Positions 29,843 through 42,879 of a stretch of DNA of 64,000 nucleotides are shown here, in pieces. How positions within the stretch are numbered: the stretch's first letter is position 1; each line of letters begins with the position of its first letter. Source of the stretch: Octopus vulgaris (taxonomy: Eukaryota); NCBI GenBank assembly GCA_951406725.2, contig OX597822.1:6510001-6574000 (forward strand), in the 5' to 3' direction. The notes under the pieces were generated by a model, which ran no database searches, was not told the DNA's origin, and was given only the letters and a program-made list of their open reading frames with translations. The position numbers were made by a program, and so were the translations under genes.

Positions 29843-31746
29843 TTGTTGTTGGCATACTTTTTGTCCCGAGAGACAATGGAGTTGCGCATAAAATAATCTA
29901 TTCCGGCTTTTACATTTCATGTCCTAATACATCACCTGCAGTGTCTGTGTAGTCCTATACTGGACAAACACTCCCTCTGGATGGTGCTGCAATTGTAGCG
30001 AAGACTTTTCCTGGCTGGTTGTAATGTCATAGTTTCTTGTTGACGTCTTTTCTTGTCTTTCCATTTCTCCTCTCTCTCTCTCTGTCACTCCTTTGTGATC
30101 CCTCTTTTACGGTACGTCTCCAACCTCCACGGTTGCTGGCAACTGCTTCGCAGTTCATAATATTGATGTTGCAGGCATTCATATCCCTTTTGCAAACATT
30201 CTTGTATCGTAAGAATGGTCTTCCCACAGACCCAGTGTCCCTATCAAGCTCTCAGGAGAGTATGTCTTTGGGGATTCTGCCATCTTCCATACGGCTAACA
30301 TATCCAAGCCAGCTCATACGTCTTTGTGTGAGGAGTGCAAACATGCTTATTATTCCTGCTTGCTTGTTGGGGACATGATTCTGCCATTTGATGCGAAGGA
30401 TTTTCTGGAGGCAGCGCAGGTGAAAGATATTTAGGCGACGCTCTTGACGTGTGTATGGCGTCCAAGTCCCACTTCCATACAGTAGAGTGCCAAGTACACA
30501 TGCCTGGTAAATCTTCATTTTTATGGTCTTGGTCAGGTTATTGTTGTCCCATGCGCGTTTGGAGAGTTGGACCATCACATGCGTATATTGAGCTCAGCAT
30601 CAAGGGATATGTTGTACGTAACGATAGAGCTAAGATTGGTAAACTACTCTACCTCCTGTAGTCTGTGGTCTCCAATATGTATGTTTGGGATGTCCGATGT
30701 AGCCTGACCCATGATGTTGGTTTTCTTGAGGCTGATAACTAACCCAAAGTCGCTACATGCATGTTCAAAACAGTTGATGAGCCTTTGTAGGGCTTCTTCT
30801 GTGTGTGATACCAGAGTGTCATCATCAGCAAATAGCATCTAAAATGTTGCGCTTCTGATTTTGGTCTTGGCACGCAGACGTGAGAGATTGAACAGTTTCT
30901 CGTCTCTTCTACTGTGCAGAAACACTCCATCATCTGATGTCTCAAAAGCATGTGAAAGCAGCAGCGAGAAGAAGATGCCAAATGATGTAGGAGCAAGGAT
31001 ACAACCTTGCTTTACTCCGTTATTTGGAAGGCGGCTGATGTTGAACCATTGGGCTGTATTGTGCCTTGCATATCATCATGGAAAGATTTAATGATCCTCA
31101 GCAGCTTTAGTGGACATCCGATATTTTAGAGCAGAATGAAGAGGCATTTTCTACTTACCAAGTCAAAGGCTTTTGTCCGATCAATGAAGGCCATATATAA
31201 TGACATTTTCTGCTCTCTGGACTGCTCCTGAAGTTGGCGTATGGAGAATATCATGTCAATAGTTGATCTGCTTCTTCTAAAGCCACCCTGCGATTCTGGA
31301 TAAATTCGAGAAGCAAGCAGTTGTAGTTTTTACAATCACCACAGTCACCTTTGTTCTAGTAAAGCGTAATGATGTTAGCATCCCGCATATCCTGAGGGAC
31401 TGTACCCTCTTCCCATCACTGACGCAGAAGCTCATGAATGTGCCGAAGCAGGATGGTGTTTTTGTGATGGACTTTTTTAGGCAGAATCCTCACCCTGCTT
31501 CATATAAGCGAATGATCTGTGTCACAATCCGCGCTGTGAGAACTATGGGTCAGTTGAACAGAATTCAGAAAGGATCTTCGTGTAATGATGAGATCAAGCC
31601 GACGCCAGTGGTGAGATCTTGGATGTCTCCAAGATACCTTGTGGAATGTCTTGTTGGCAAAGAATGTGTTGGTGATGCACAGGTTATGGTATGTGCAAAA
31701 TTCAAATAGTCGCTGACCATTGTCATTCATGTTGCCAATCCAAAAT
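29843..31746 (-). mobile_element. RTE-clade LINE, 5'-truncated and internally deleted
   Basis: APE C-terminus (NDNGQRL..LCITNTFF, SWRHPRS, DCDTDHSL); RT motifs (PESQ.GFR, AFID..KAFD, GVKQGC.LAP, LFADD); C-terminal LLYGS.TW, DGRIPKD; short (AAC)n tail. Confidence 0.93.
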
Positions 31747-31899
31747 ACATACACTTACATATATATACGATTGATCTGTTTCAGTTCCTGTCTACGAAAT
31801 CCGTACACCCCACCCCCACACACAAAGATAAATTGATCGATACAACTGAGTGGGCAAACAAAAATATGAGACACTGCGTAGTGATTTTTTATATTTTGA

Positions 31900-32202
31900 T
31901 AAGCCTGGTACTTATTCTATCAGTTTCTTCTTGTGAAACCGGTAAGTTATGGGGATGTAAATAAACGAACACCAGTTGTGAAGCAGTGATGAGAGAGAAA
32001 CACAAAGACACACACATAGACTTACATATACATATACATACAATTGATTTCTTTCAGTTTCTGTCTACAAAATCCACTTACGAGGCTTTGGTTGATCTCA
32101 GGCGATAGCAAAAGACACATGCCAAGTTACCACACAGTGGGACTGAACTGAGGACCATGTGTTTTGGAACCAAGTTTGTTACCACACAGCCACACCTGCA
32201 CC
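31900..32202 (-). mobile_element. Old family A SINE (partial duplicate at ~29652-29835)
   Basis: TGGTACTTATTCTATC..TTTCAGTTTCTGTCTAC..CAGTGGGACTGAAC..ACCACACAGCCACACCTGCACC. Confidence 0.8.
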
Positions 32203-32311
32203 TATGTATGTGGGAGTGTGTGTGTGGGTGGGTTTATGTGTATGTGTGTATGGGTGTATATATGTATGGATGTAAAAATGTGTATATATGTGTGTACATA
32301 TTACATGTATA

Positions 32312-32361
<50 letters not shown>

Positions 32362-32437
32362 TAGACATACTTGTATACATATACATGTATGTCTATAGAA
32401 ATACATCTATACATATACATGTATACATATTACACTA

Positions 32438-32520
32438 CATGTGTAAAATTTGAATAAAATTGGTTGTGTAGTAATCAAGTTTTAGGAATTCACACCAGTA
32501 TTATATATACACACACACAC

Positions 32521-32571
<51 letters not shown>

Positions 32572-33861
32572 TATACATACAATAGAGATATGCTTTTGTT
32601 TCACTTTTAACACGTAATACTGAAATAGTGGAGATGTGATATTGCTGTGGGCTTGCCCTAGGTAAGAAGTTAAACATTTGCCCATGACACTTCCTGGACC
32701 TTAAGTAAGGAATGTGTAAACTTTGAATGAAGTTTTAGGGATTCACACAGACAGACACACATTCTCAGTTTTATATATCAATACACACACACACATATAT
32801 ATACATATGCGAATGAGTGTGTGTATGTATGTGTGTCTATCTGTCCCCCCTCACTGCTTGACAGGCAAGATGAGCTGTATTAGTTTGTTTATCTCCCCAA
32901 AATTTAGCAGTTTGGCAACAGAGACAATAGAATAGGTACCAGACTTTAAAAACAAATATTGGAATTAATTTGTTAAACCAAAACCCTTCAAGGAGATGCT
33001 ACAACATGGCCACAGTCTAATGACTAAAACAAGTAAATGATCAAAAATATGATAAATAATAATACTGTATTTTGAATGGCACAACAATGCACTATAATAA
33101 TAATAACAATGCATGCATCAACCAGCAAGCCAAGCCCGGGACCAGCGAGGTATCCAAAACCGTGCCAGCCAGCCAACCTAGGCCAGTTTCCAGCCAGCAA
33201 GCGAAAGCCGGGCCAGCCAGCAAGCCAAGGCCAGGCCAGCCAGGCAGCCAGCCAGCCTAGGTCAGTTTCCAGCCAGCAAGCCAAGGCCGGGCCAGTCAGC
33301 CAGCCAGGCAGCCAGCCAGCCAAGGCCAGGCCAGCCAGCCAAGGGAAGGCCAGCCAGGCAGCCAAGACCCGGCCAACCAACCAGCCTAGGCAAGTTTTAA
33401 GCCAGCAAGCCAAGCCCAGGACCAGCCAGTTATCCAAAACCGGGCCAGCCGGCCAGCCTAGGCCAGTTTCCAGCCAGCAAGCCAAAGCCGGGCTAGCCAG
33501 GTATCCTCAACAAGGCCAGCCAGCAAGCCAAGGCCGGGCCAGCCAGCAAGCTAAGGCCGGGCCAGCCAGGCAGCCAATTTTCGGCCAGCAAGCCAAGCCC
33601 AGGACCAGCCAGGTATCCAAACCTGGCCAGCCAGCCAGCCAGCCAAGGCCAGGCCATCCATATACATACGATAGAGAGATGTTTTTGTTTCACTTTTAAC
33701 AAATAATTCTGAAATAGTGGAGATGTGATATTGCTGTGGGCTTGCCCCGGACACTAAGTAAGGCATGTGTAAAATTTGAATGAAATTGGTTGTGTAGTTC
33801 TCAAGATTTAGGGATTCACACAGACAGACTGACACACATTCTCAGTTTTATATATATAGAT
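32438..33861 (-). mobile_element. Tandem Helitron-like 5' terminal segments (32438-32510, 32580-32778, 33669-33861) with an intervening SINE fragment and GC-rich array
   Basis: Repeated CTGAAATAGTGGAGATGTGATATTGCTGTGGGCTTGCCC..CACACATTCTCAGTTTTATATAT(ATAGA|T). Confidence 0.6.
33120..33660. repeat. GC-rich, strand-asymmetric minisatellite built from CCAG/CAAG subunits
   Basis: Recurring CCAGCAAGCCAAG(C/G)CC, CCTAGGCCAGTTTCCAG and GGTATCCAAAACC blocks. Confidence 0.9.
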
Positions 33862-34039
33862 ATATATGTAATCATGTAACATTTTCTCCGTTTCCTCGCT
33901 TTTTGGCCTGTGTATGTTTTAATTGCTGTCCGTTACGTTCTTATTCTGTCTTTTGGATTTATATATACATATATATAAATTACGAAAATAGACCCATTTT
34001 CACCCCAGTTCCAATTCGACAGGAAAAACGGGTATGTCG

Positions 34040-34400
34040 AGGGTTTGCATTCGTGTGTTTGCAAATTTCCCCCCGTCACATAGCCTGGTCATTTCTACGT
34101 TCATGTGGAGCTTCCCGTCAGTGTCCGTTGACAAGACCGCCCATGTTTCGCCGACAATATGCGTGTACTTGTGCTTCCTTGTTGTACATCTACCCCTGGA
34201 AAGTCCTCATCTTCCACAGCAGGCCTCTCTGACCTTGGATTGTCTTCGAGGCTCATGTCACCTAGCATGAAGCTTCTAAACCAGTTTGGTGTCACATATT
34301 CATTGTCACTTCTATGACCTTCCGTGACCTTCCGTATATTACATTTTGTTGCTGCAGCCCGTTCACTCGGACCTTCTTTTTTTTTTACAGGTAACGTAAA
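34040..34400 (-). mobile_element. Decayed mariner N-terminal (HTH) remnant
   Basis: NWFRSFMLGDMSLEDNPRSERP..STSTRILS resembles WF.KF.SGD.SLED.PRSGRP..STR.L. Confidence 0.7.
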
Positions 34401-34621
34401 ATGGCTTTAACTGCAATTTTTTCACAAAACCGCAATCAAGCCGTAGAATAAAGAATGAAAATAAGTGTTTATATGTGAAATAAGAAAATAAAGAATAGAC
34501 AGCACAGCAACGATTGGATAGTTGTATCAAATTGATGATATAACATGCAGATATAAATTGCCTAAAATCCCCAGTGAAAAAATCTTTCACTGAATCTAAT
34601 ATACAGATACACAAAGATATA

Positions 34622-35560
34622 CAGGGTGGGGAAGCAAAATTTACAATATTTTGAGGAAGGGATTGAAAGACAGTGTATGACCAATTAGTTTATTGAAAAT
34701 CATGAGAATTTATTTGCCACAAGAAAATTTACATAATAGAAACTGTTTTTATTCTATTTGTCCTCCTTTCTCAATAACTGCCTTCACACGCTTCCTGAAA
34801 CTTACACAAGTGTTCCTCGAATATTCGGGAGACAACTTCTCCCATCTTTAATAGTATCTTTAAGGGAGTCGACATTGCTGTGTGATGTTCTATTGGTAGC
34901 ATGTTCTAAAACGCCCCAAACGGCATAATCCAGAGGATTTCGATCTAGGCTAGAAGGCGGCCATAAACATGATTCCAAAACATTGCTAAAGTTGGATTTG
35001 CAGAAATCTTGTATTTTTCTAGCTGTGTGCGTTGGAGCACCATCCTGTGTCCATACATAATTCCCATCTGGGTAGTTTGCTTTAAGCCATGGCAATACCT
35101 GATATCTCAGAGTCTTGTAGTAAGTATTAACAGTGATCTTTTCATCAGCTTTGTAGAATTTTATAGGCATCTTCTTTCCATCGGTAGCCACAGCACCAAA
35201 AGTCATAACCTGAGCAGGATGTTTTGTTTTGAATGTCTCGTTAACCTCAGCTATCGATTTTGCGATAAATCTGTCATTTCTGCTGTTCAGAACAGCATCG
35301 ACATTGAAGATCTTTTCAGATGAAAAGATCGTTACAATGGAGAATTTCTTCTTGAACCATGTAATAATTTTCTTGCCCCTTTCCAATATGTTTTCTTTCA
35401 TAGCTGTTAACTTCAAATCATATTTTACTGCATTTCCAATGGTCTTGTTGTCTACCTCAAGTTCAATTGCCATTTTTCTCATGGATTTGGTTGGATCCTT
35501 TAGGATTTGGGATTTGAGAGCTTTAATAAAAGATTTGATTCCTTCACTTCCAGACTTCCT
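34622..35560 (-). mobile_element. Tc1/mariner DD37D (maT-type) transposon, 3' part with TIR
   Basis: ORF 34802-35482: IFSSEK (first D lost), QDGAP..(37 aa)..NPLDY; terminus TA|CAGGGTGGGG at 34620-34631. Confidence 0.88.
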
Positions 35561-36680
35561 TCCATCTATTTACAAGCTTTTTAATCCCATCAATGTAAAA
35601 CTCTTTTGGTTTCAAAGCGAATATCTCTGAAATGTCAGTTTAGACTTCCTCCGAGCTTGCGAAAATCATGTCCCACAAATGATTCTGTAAACTACGAAAC
35701 AAATGGTAGTCTGAAGGAGCAAGGTCGGGAGAATAAGGTGGATGAGGAATTTTTTTCCAGCCAGGCTCTTCGATCTTCTGTGATATGATCTTTGCAGTGT
35801 GAGGTCGCGCATTGTCCTGATGAAACATCACTCCTTTTCGATTCACTAAAGTGGGTCTTTTTTTCTTCAAAGCTTGGTTCAAACGCTCTAATTGCTGACA
35901 GTAGACTTGAGCATTGATTGTTGCATTAGGTAGTAACGATTCAAAGTGAATTACTCCTTTGCAATCCAACCAGATAGCGTGAAGAACCTTTTTCCCATGA
36001 AGTTCCCTTCTCGGTCGTGGTTGAGCTTTTTCCCTTTTACAAAGCCACTGTTTACAACGTTTAACATTTCGATGTCTATCCAAAAAGGGTGAAATGAGTC
36101 GCGAGAATGGATTTGCGGTTGCTTTCGGACAATTTATGAGCCACCCATTTTCCAAGTTTAGGAACATTTCCATGTTGTTGAAGATAACGATGAACAGTTG
36201 TGTGGTTTGAACTAAGCTTTATTGCCAATTCTTCAACTAATAATGCAGGATTTTCTTCAAGTAATGCCTTAAGGAGCTTATCATCAAATTCAAATGGACG
36301 TCCTGTTTGATCTTCATCTTCAAGCCTGAAATCTCCACTTCTGAATTTTGCAAACCATCTCCTTCTGCAAGTTCTTTCATTCAAGCATTCTTTCCCATAA
36401 ACTGAGTGTATGTTTCACGTCAATTCAGCTGCAGAGTTTCAATTTTTGTACTCATAAAGCAACATGTGCCTAAAATGCTCTTTGGATACTTCCATGTTAG
36501 AAAGGGTTTTAATCAAAGAGATTTTAATTCTATTATTCTGTAAAATAATATTTAATTAGTTTAAAATGTACACAAATGCATAAAAATAAATTTTAATTCT
36601 ATTAGACATTCTAAAATACTATTAAATTTCATTCAATTTTAAAGAAGGTAAAATCGGACAGAACTTATGGGATAACCTGA
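35554..36680 (-). mobile_element. Mariner DD34D transposon with 5' TIR, frameshifted
   Basis: WFAKFRSGDF.LED..TGRP, WVAHKL, FHQDNARPH, HPPYSPDLAPSDYHLF; terminus TA|TCAGGTTATCCCATAAG at 36680; segment carrying the first D is deleted. Confidence 0.92.
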
Positions 36681-36929
36681 TAGACAAAGTCGCCCAGATA
36701 TTTAATAATACTTTGCTTTTGCGCGCGCGCGTACACACACACGCACACACACACACACACACAAACAGACACACATACATGCACACTCTCTCTAACACAC
36801 ACACTCACACATACACAACTATTTGTATTATTAATGTCATCGACCTGGTCTAAGTGGTTTCTGCTGGCCACAAATTTGTAGCCTTCAGGGATATTAGCAT
36901 TCGCAAGTCTATATATATACATACATATA

Positions 36930-37136
36930 TTTCAAATTTATAAAAAAATATAGGACCGAGACGAGTGAGGGAACCACAATCGCGTATATTAGCTTGACGC
37001 TAGGGAAGAATTGAAAAGTATTTGATGTTTCGAGCCTACGCTCATCAGCAGAAACAGTTAAGAGGAAAAAAGGCCGATGGAACGAAATAAAATGGAGATA
37101 GAAAAACAAATGTAGGAATTAACTGTTCAACATGAT

Positions 37137-37138
<2 letters not shown>
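36930..37138 (-). mobile_element. Short Penelope pLTR-like element with hammerhead-like motif
   Basis: Minus strand GTTTCTGCTGATGAGCGTAGGCTCGAAACATCAAAT (37020-37055); (TA)n on both sides. Confidence 0.6.
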
Positions 37139-37204
<66 letters not shown>

Positions 37205-37537
37205 ATATGTATGTATGTGTGTATGTATGTATGTATGTATGTATGTATGTATGTATGTATATGTATGGCTGTATGTCTATGTATTTGCGCATATAGAGAC
37301 AAACACACCGTTCGAAATACAACAAAAGGATTAAAATGAATGAAGCAGAATATACACGCCGGGTCAATTACTTGGAAGAACCAATGAAAAACAGGAAGAT
37401 TAATTTACGAAACATCCCCGATGGGAAATCTTGTTAATTTTCATTGTTACAAATCATTATGTTTGACGAACGTTTGCCAGGTGATGGATTTTGGCAAATA
37501 TAACCGCGATGAGGAAGCGCTATTTATGTAGACAGAT

Positions 37538-37605
37538 ATATACGCACGTGCAAAAGCACTCACACACACACACTCACACACATATATACATACATATATA
37601 CACAC

Positions 37606-37638
<33 letters not shown>

Positions 37639-37855
37639 CGCACGTACAAAAGCACGAACACACACACTCACACACATATATACATACATATATACACACA
37701 TATACACATATATATATATACGCACGTACAAAAGCACGAACACACACACTCACACACATATATACATACATATATACACACATATACACATATATATATA
37801 TATATATATATATACGCACGTATAAAAGCACGAACACACATATATACATACATAT

Positions 37856-37860
<5 letters not shown>
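37538..37860. repeat. ~80-95-bp minisatellite, 4 copies
   Basis: TATACGCACGTACAAAAGCACGAAC anchor recurs near 37539, 37635, 37717 and 37811, separated by CA/TA tracts. Confidence 0.88.
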
Positions 37861-37910
<50 letters not shown>

Positions 37911-38718
37911 GTGAGTGAGAGAGAGAGTGGAAGAGAGATGAAGGGAAAGTGATAAATCGATGGATAAATGACAAGGAACAGAGTAAGCGAAGGTGGCAAG
38001 CCAATATATGACACAGACAAATTAAGAGAGAAACAGATTCAGGAAATTATTTTGTTATTGTTTTTACCTTTATGCATGTACTTTTGTGTTGGCTAATGAC
38101 GAAAAGGAAATTATTACAACAAAAGCAAGTATAAGTGTACATGTACTTTTATACACACACACACGCACATACATATGTTCTCGACCCACGTTTCTTTACG
38201 CATACATGCATGCACACATGATCATGCTCGCACACAGGGAGAGAGACTGCTTCTAATAACGACATGATAACATTCACATTCTCGCCAAATTGTACACTCA
38301 TGCAATATCCGCTTACTGCATCAGCAGGATGAAGGCCAATCTCTACCACAAAAGCATCTTTGTTAAGTACAGTGTAGATTCCTACTCTCAATATAGCAAT
38401 CAAGATGACACACACAGAGATCAAAAGCAACGACAAACATAATTATTTCAACAGCAATCAAAGTAATGAACACCAATTATTCAACAAACAATTACGTTTT
38501 ATTATGTTAATTCTTCGAGGAGTTTCATTGTAACGTTATCTGCAATGCATCAACATTATCTCAGCGAACGAACTATCCGCCTAAACATGTTGCCTCTAAT
38601 AAATAATGGGCTGAGTGAAAAGACATTGAAACAGCTGTAACAAACATCTGATGTTCCCCGTTCCCATCACATTACTCAACAGAGAAAAATGAATCCATAC
38701 ATAAATTTCATACATTGG

Positions 38719-38946
38719 TTACTCTTTTACTCTTTTACTCTTTTACTTGTTTCAGTCATTTGACTGCGGCCATGCTGGAGCACCGCCTTTAATCGAGCAA
38801 CTCGACCCCGGGACTTATTCTTTGTAAGACCAGTACTTATTCTATCGGTCTTTTTTTTGCCGAACCGCTAAGTGACGGGGGCGTAAACACACCAGCATCG
38901 GTTGTCAAGCAATGCTAGGGGGACAAACACAGACACACAAACATAT

Positions 38947-38986
<40 letters not shown>

Positions 38987-38987
38987 A

Positions 38988-39045
<58 letters not shown>

Positions 39046-39204
39046 TACGACAGGCTTCTTTCAGTTTCCGTCTACCAAATCCAAGGCTTTGGTCGGCCCG
39101 GGGCTATAGCAGAAGACACTTTCCCAAGGTGCCACGCAGTGGGACTGAACCCGGAACCATGTGGCTGGTAAACAAGCTACTTACCACACAGCCACTCCTG
39201 CGCC
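38719..39204 (-). mobile_element. tRNA-derived SINE, family A, full length
   Basis: Reverse complement of the 10734 copy with an expanded internal TA tract; possible TACATTG TSD. Confidence 0.93.
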
Positions 39205-42200
39205 TATTACATTGCTAAATAGAAGCACTCCAACTTTTTCTGAAACTTAACCCATACCCATCTGAGTAAACGCTTATTTAGATGTGGGAATGGAATTTCA
39301 TTTTATTCCCACCATTTTGTCCAGATTGCACAAACCGAAGAAATGGAGGCGTTGCCATATTTCTCCATGACATTCTTACTAGGATTACAAATACATCTTG
39401 TAGTGTCTATGTCTGGATATATTAAAATTATTAACCTACACGTTAGTTCGAGAACAGAAGCCGCCTTAAGCATTTTTACTGCTCTTCCGAGAGTACGAGA
39501 GGAAAATAAAATCTAAGACCATGGCAACTGTCATTAAAACCAAGGCGATGAAAATATGAACCAGGCAATGAAAATATAAACCCGAAGTCAAAAGTTTCTA
39601 CGCGTTGACAGACAGACACACGCACATATACACACATTGCACACACGCACAAATATACAAAGAAAAAACCGCAGGGCCGATGTTTTAACCACTACTACAC
39701 ATATTCTCGAAATCATTATTCTGTATAAGGGCGCCAAACTAATGAAGAGATTTCACAGAATCAATACATTTTAGTTTTACTTAACCCGCCTGAAATTTGC
39801 TTTAGAAACATCAGTAGATTTCATCTGTGATATATATATTTCGGCTCAGAGTATAGCGTATCGTAGGAGAAACAAATATTAGATACAGCTCAGCAATAGG
39901 CGCCACGAGATTTACGACTTATGTCCTGAAGACCAATATGGCAGAGTGTATAATATCTTAAACAAAGAATAAAGAATGTCAGTTATCTTGTTACCATTCG
40001 ATCTTTTTTCTCACTCTCTAACCCCAGTCCTTGTGATAAACAACTAATACCAATCCTCTATGCTTCCAGAACTCTGCCAGCGCGTGCTTTCCCCGTTGAT
40101 ATCGACTAGTGAATACCCAAACAGATCAGGACCTTGCACAACCAGACCAGTTTGATCGGGTTTACACAGACCAGGAGAGCTGCGTTTTCAACTCACGTTC
40201 AATAAATAAGACAACACTTCCCTTCGAATGGAAACCGATGCGAGGTTTTTCTATATTCAAATTATTAACCAAGATATTGATTTTGTGCCTGCCCTGTTGA
40301 AAATGTTAGACTTCGAACACTAAAAATGTTACTGTTAATCCTTTGTTCAATCATAAATAATAGAATGGTTGTCGAGAAATTAAAAGTGGATGAAAAGTTT
40401 AGTTACTGGAAATTGTTACCAAAATGCACTAGTACAATAGTAATAGATGTCTAGGATTCCCTACATACTTGGAAAACCATAATTGTGTAAGGGGTATATA
40501 ATAGATATATGCTACTCCAGAACATGACTAGTGTTAATTAATCACGGCTAGCTGAAGGACTAAGTCAAACATGGAATCATACAAAATTGGAACATAATTT
40601 TTTCTGTTTAGCTTATTTAATGATGATGCAATGGTAGCATCTATGAGGATTTTCACTGCTTCGGACATGCATGGGACGAAGGATGGAAGGTTTGCTCATA
40701 TTAGAGATTTGGTTCGAATGCTTAATATAGATTGAGTTCCGCTGAAGACACTCAAGGATCAGGTGGTGGTATTACACTAAGCAATTGATTATGTCTACTA
40801 CTGGCTTTCGTCTTGTTCAAACTACTCAAGACTCACGATTATCTTTGAATGTAACATTAGTAGACGATTGGATTAAACCTTCGTGTATTGTTTACATTTA
40901 TTCGGCTTTAGTGGAATTTATTATTTTACGCAACGTCATCCATATAATAAACGATTGTTAAAATAACTAAAACAGCAATTACGCAAACAACGATCAAATG
41001 AAAAGCATTAAGAATATCAATAGTTAAAACGTTATAAAACTCTCAGTAACTTCAACATAAAGGAAAAGTCTGAAAGAATAATTAGACATAAAGAATTATT
41101 TTTGAAAATGACAAGAAAAGCGTAAAAAAATTCAGACAAATGTCAAGACACTGCATTCTTAAATCAATGTAATGTTCGTTTATTTCAACCAAATTCTAAC
41201 AGTGAAAACAAGTCTTTTGAAAATCTATTTCGTTGCCATTATCTTTTACATTTTTGCTTTTTATAAAATCGTGTCTGCCGTGGAAGAAAGAGTATCTTTC
41301 ATCAAAATAGATATATATGATTTTATCAAGAGTGACAAAATTGATATAATTTTTGCAAGTAGGGGAAAAAAACTTTAAGAAAAGAATGAGGAGAGAACGC
41401 ACGCGCAAAAGAGAGGGTGAAGAGTGAGTGAGAGAGGGGAAGTGAAGGAGATTCAGAGAAGAGAGAAAGATGTTAAACAATGACTGAACAAAGAAAAACG
41501 AAAAATTGGTTGTACATCATTTGCAAATATCTTTAAATAAATGGATCCGAATTGCGCAAATTTTATTCGAAAAGTAATAAAACAAGCATTATCTGATATT
41601 TTGAGATAATGAAATGTTCTGATCCCGGAATATACAAAAGATTCTCTTTTCTTACACTTTTTGTATTTTTACTGCGGTTTAGGTGGCTTTCTATTTATAT
41701 TTTTAGGCAACTGAATGCGGTAGTCGTTTTATGTTGTCTGGATGATAACACGGAAAGGAAAATTGACACGAGTTTAGAAAAATATTTCTTTTGATTTAAA
41801 TATCCTTGTATTTAGAAAGCTAGTTATGTTGTTGAAGGGAAATACGTACAGGACTATCGTTGAAGGCCAATTCAATATAGGGGACAGTTTATCTTCACGC
41901 CAAACGTCGACAGTTTGCATTCTTCCTCTGAAGTTTTCAGTGAATTGCTGGTGACATATTTAACTTATACCAAATCAGTCAATATAATTGAATGGGTGAC
42001 ACTCTTTGCGGTGTCGGCAGGGTGCGTTAAGTATACATAAGGCAATTGCTAGAGCTTAAAAGAAGCATTCGTTTATTTAGGGTTTATCAACAAATGTATT
42101 TATCGTATACTAAGGTCTTCATCTGGGATGTAATGTCGTTGTGGCGAAACTCCATTTTCTTTCCGAAATCTAAACTTTACATTGAATAATTAAATAGTGA

Positions 42201-42280
42201 TGATTTAAAATTCAATACTGTAAGTCACTATGAGATATAATCACTCGAAAAACAATTTTGGGAAATTAATCAGTCATGTG

Positions 42281-42615
42281 GTGAAGGTGCTTGTTTCAAT
42301 GGTTAAAGCGTCGGGTTCTCTATTACGAGGTAGTGAGTTTGATTCCCGGACCCGCTCTGTGTTGTGTTCTTGAGCAAGACACTTTATTTCACCTTGTTCC
42401 AATTGACTCAGCTGTAAAAACAAATTGCGACGTCACTGGTGCCAAGATACATCGGTCTTTGCCTCTCCATTGGATAACATCGGTGGCGTGGAGATGGAAG
42501 ACTGGTATGCATGAGCGACTGTTGGTTTTCCATAAACAACATTGCCCAGACTTGTGTCTCGGAGGAGAACTTTCTAGGTGCAATCCCATGGTCATTCATG
42601 GCCGAAAAGGTTCTT
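42281..42615 (+). mobile_element. Diverged family C SINE with an alternative 3' region
   Basis: TGTGTTCTTGAGCAAGACACTTTATTTCACCTTGTTCCAATTGACTCAGCTG matches 11520-11575; the 3' part differs. Confidence 0.78.
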
Positions 42616-42879
42616 TATATTATATGTAATGCAAGATACAGCAGTTGATATAACTGATAAAAAAAAACCCAGCTGTATTATATTTAAATACGGAAGAACA
42701 TTGAATAGCTCAATGGGTAGTCTGGGAAAACTAACAAATATTTCACCGCTTCGCGTGATGAATCTGACGTTGCGTGGTATTCATAGATAATACAACGTTT
42801 CCACAGCCGTTCAGTTCGTGTGCTTGGAATTTGTTACTACGAGGTGTAGTAGTACATTTCCGAAAGGAGCTATATTGGT

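Noticed and set aside
33076-33699. 207-aa Q/P/A/S-rich ORF as a structural protein
   Set aside because: A T-poor tandem repeat rarely encodes stops; sub-repeats are 4-bp based, not codon based; it lies within a transposon-like context.
37538-37860. Repeat-spacer pattern resembling a CRISPR array
   Set aside because: The spacers are near-identical microsatellites, there are no cas genes, and the context is eukaryotic.
38149-38436. Minus-strand ORF with a hydrophobic N-terminus and internal GTAAGC donor
   Set aside because: No ATG start or convincing upstream acceptor, an in-frame stop just upstream, and no known motif.
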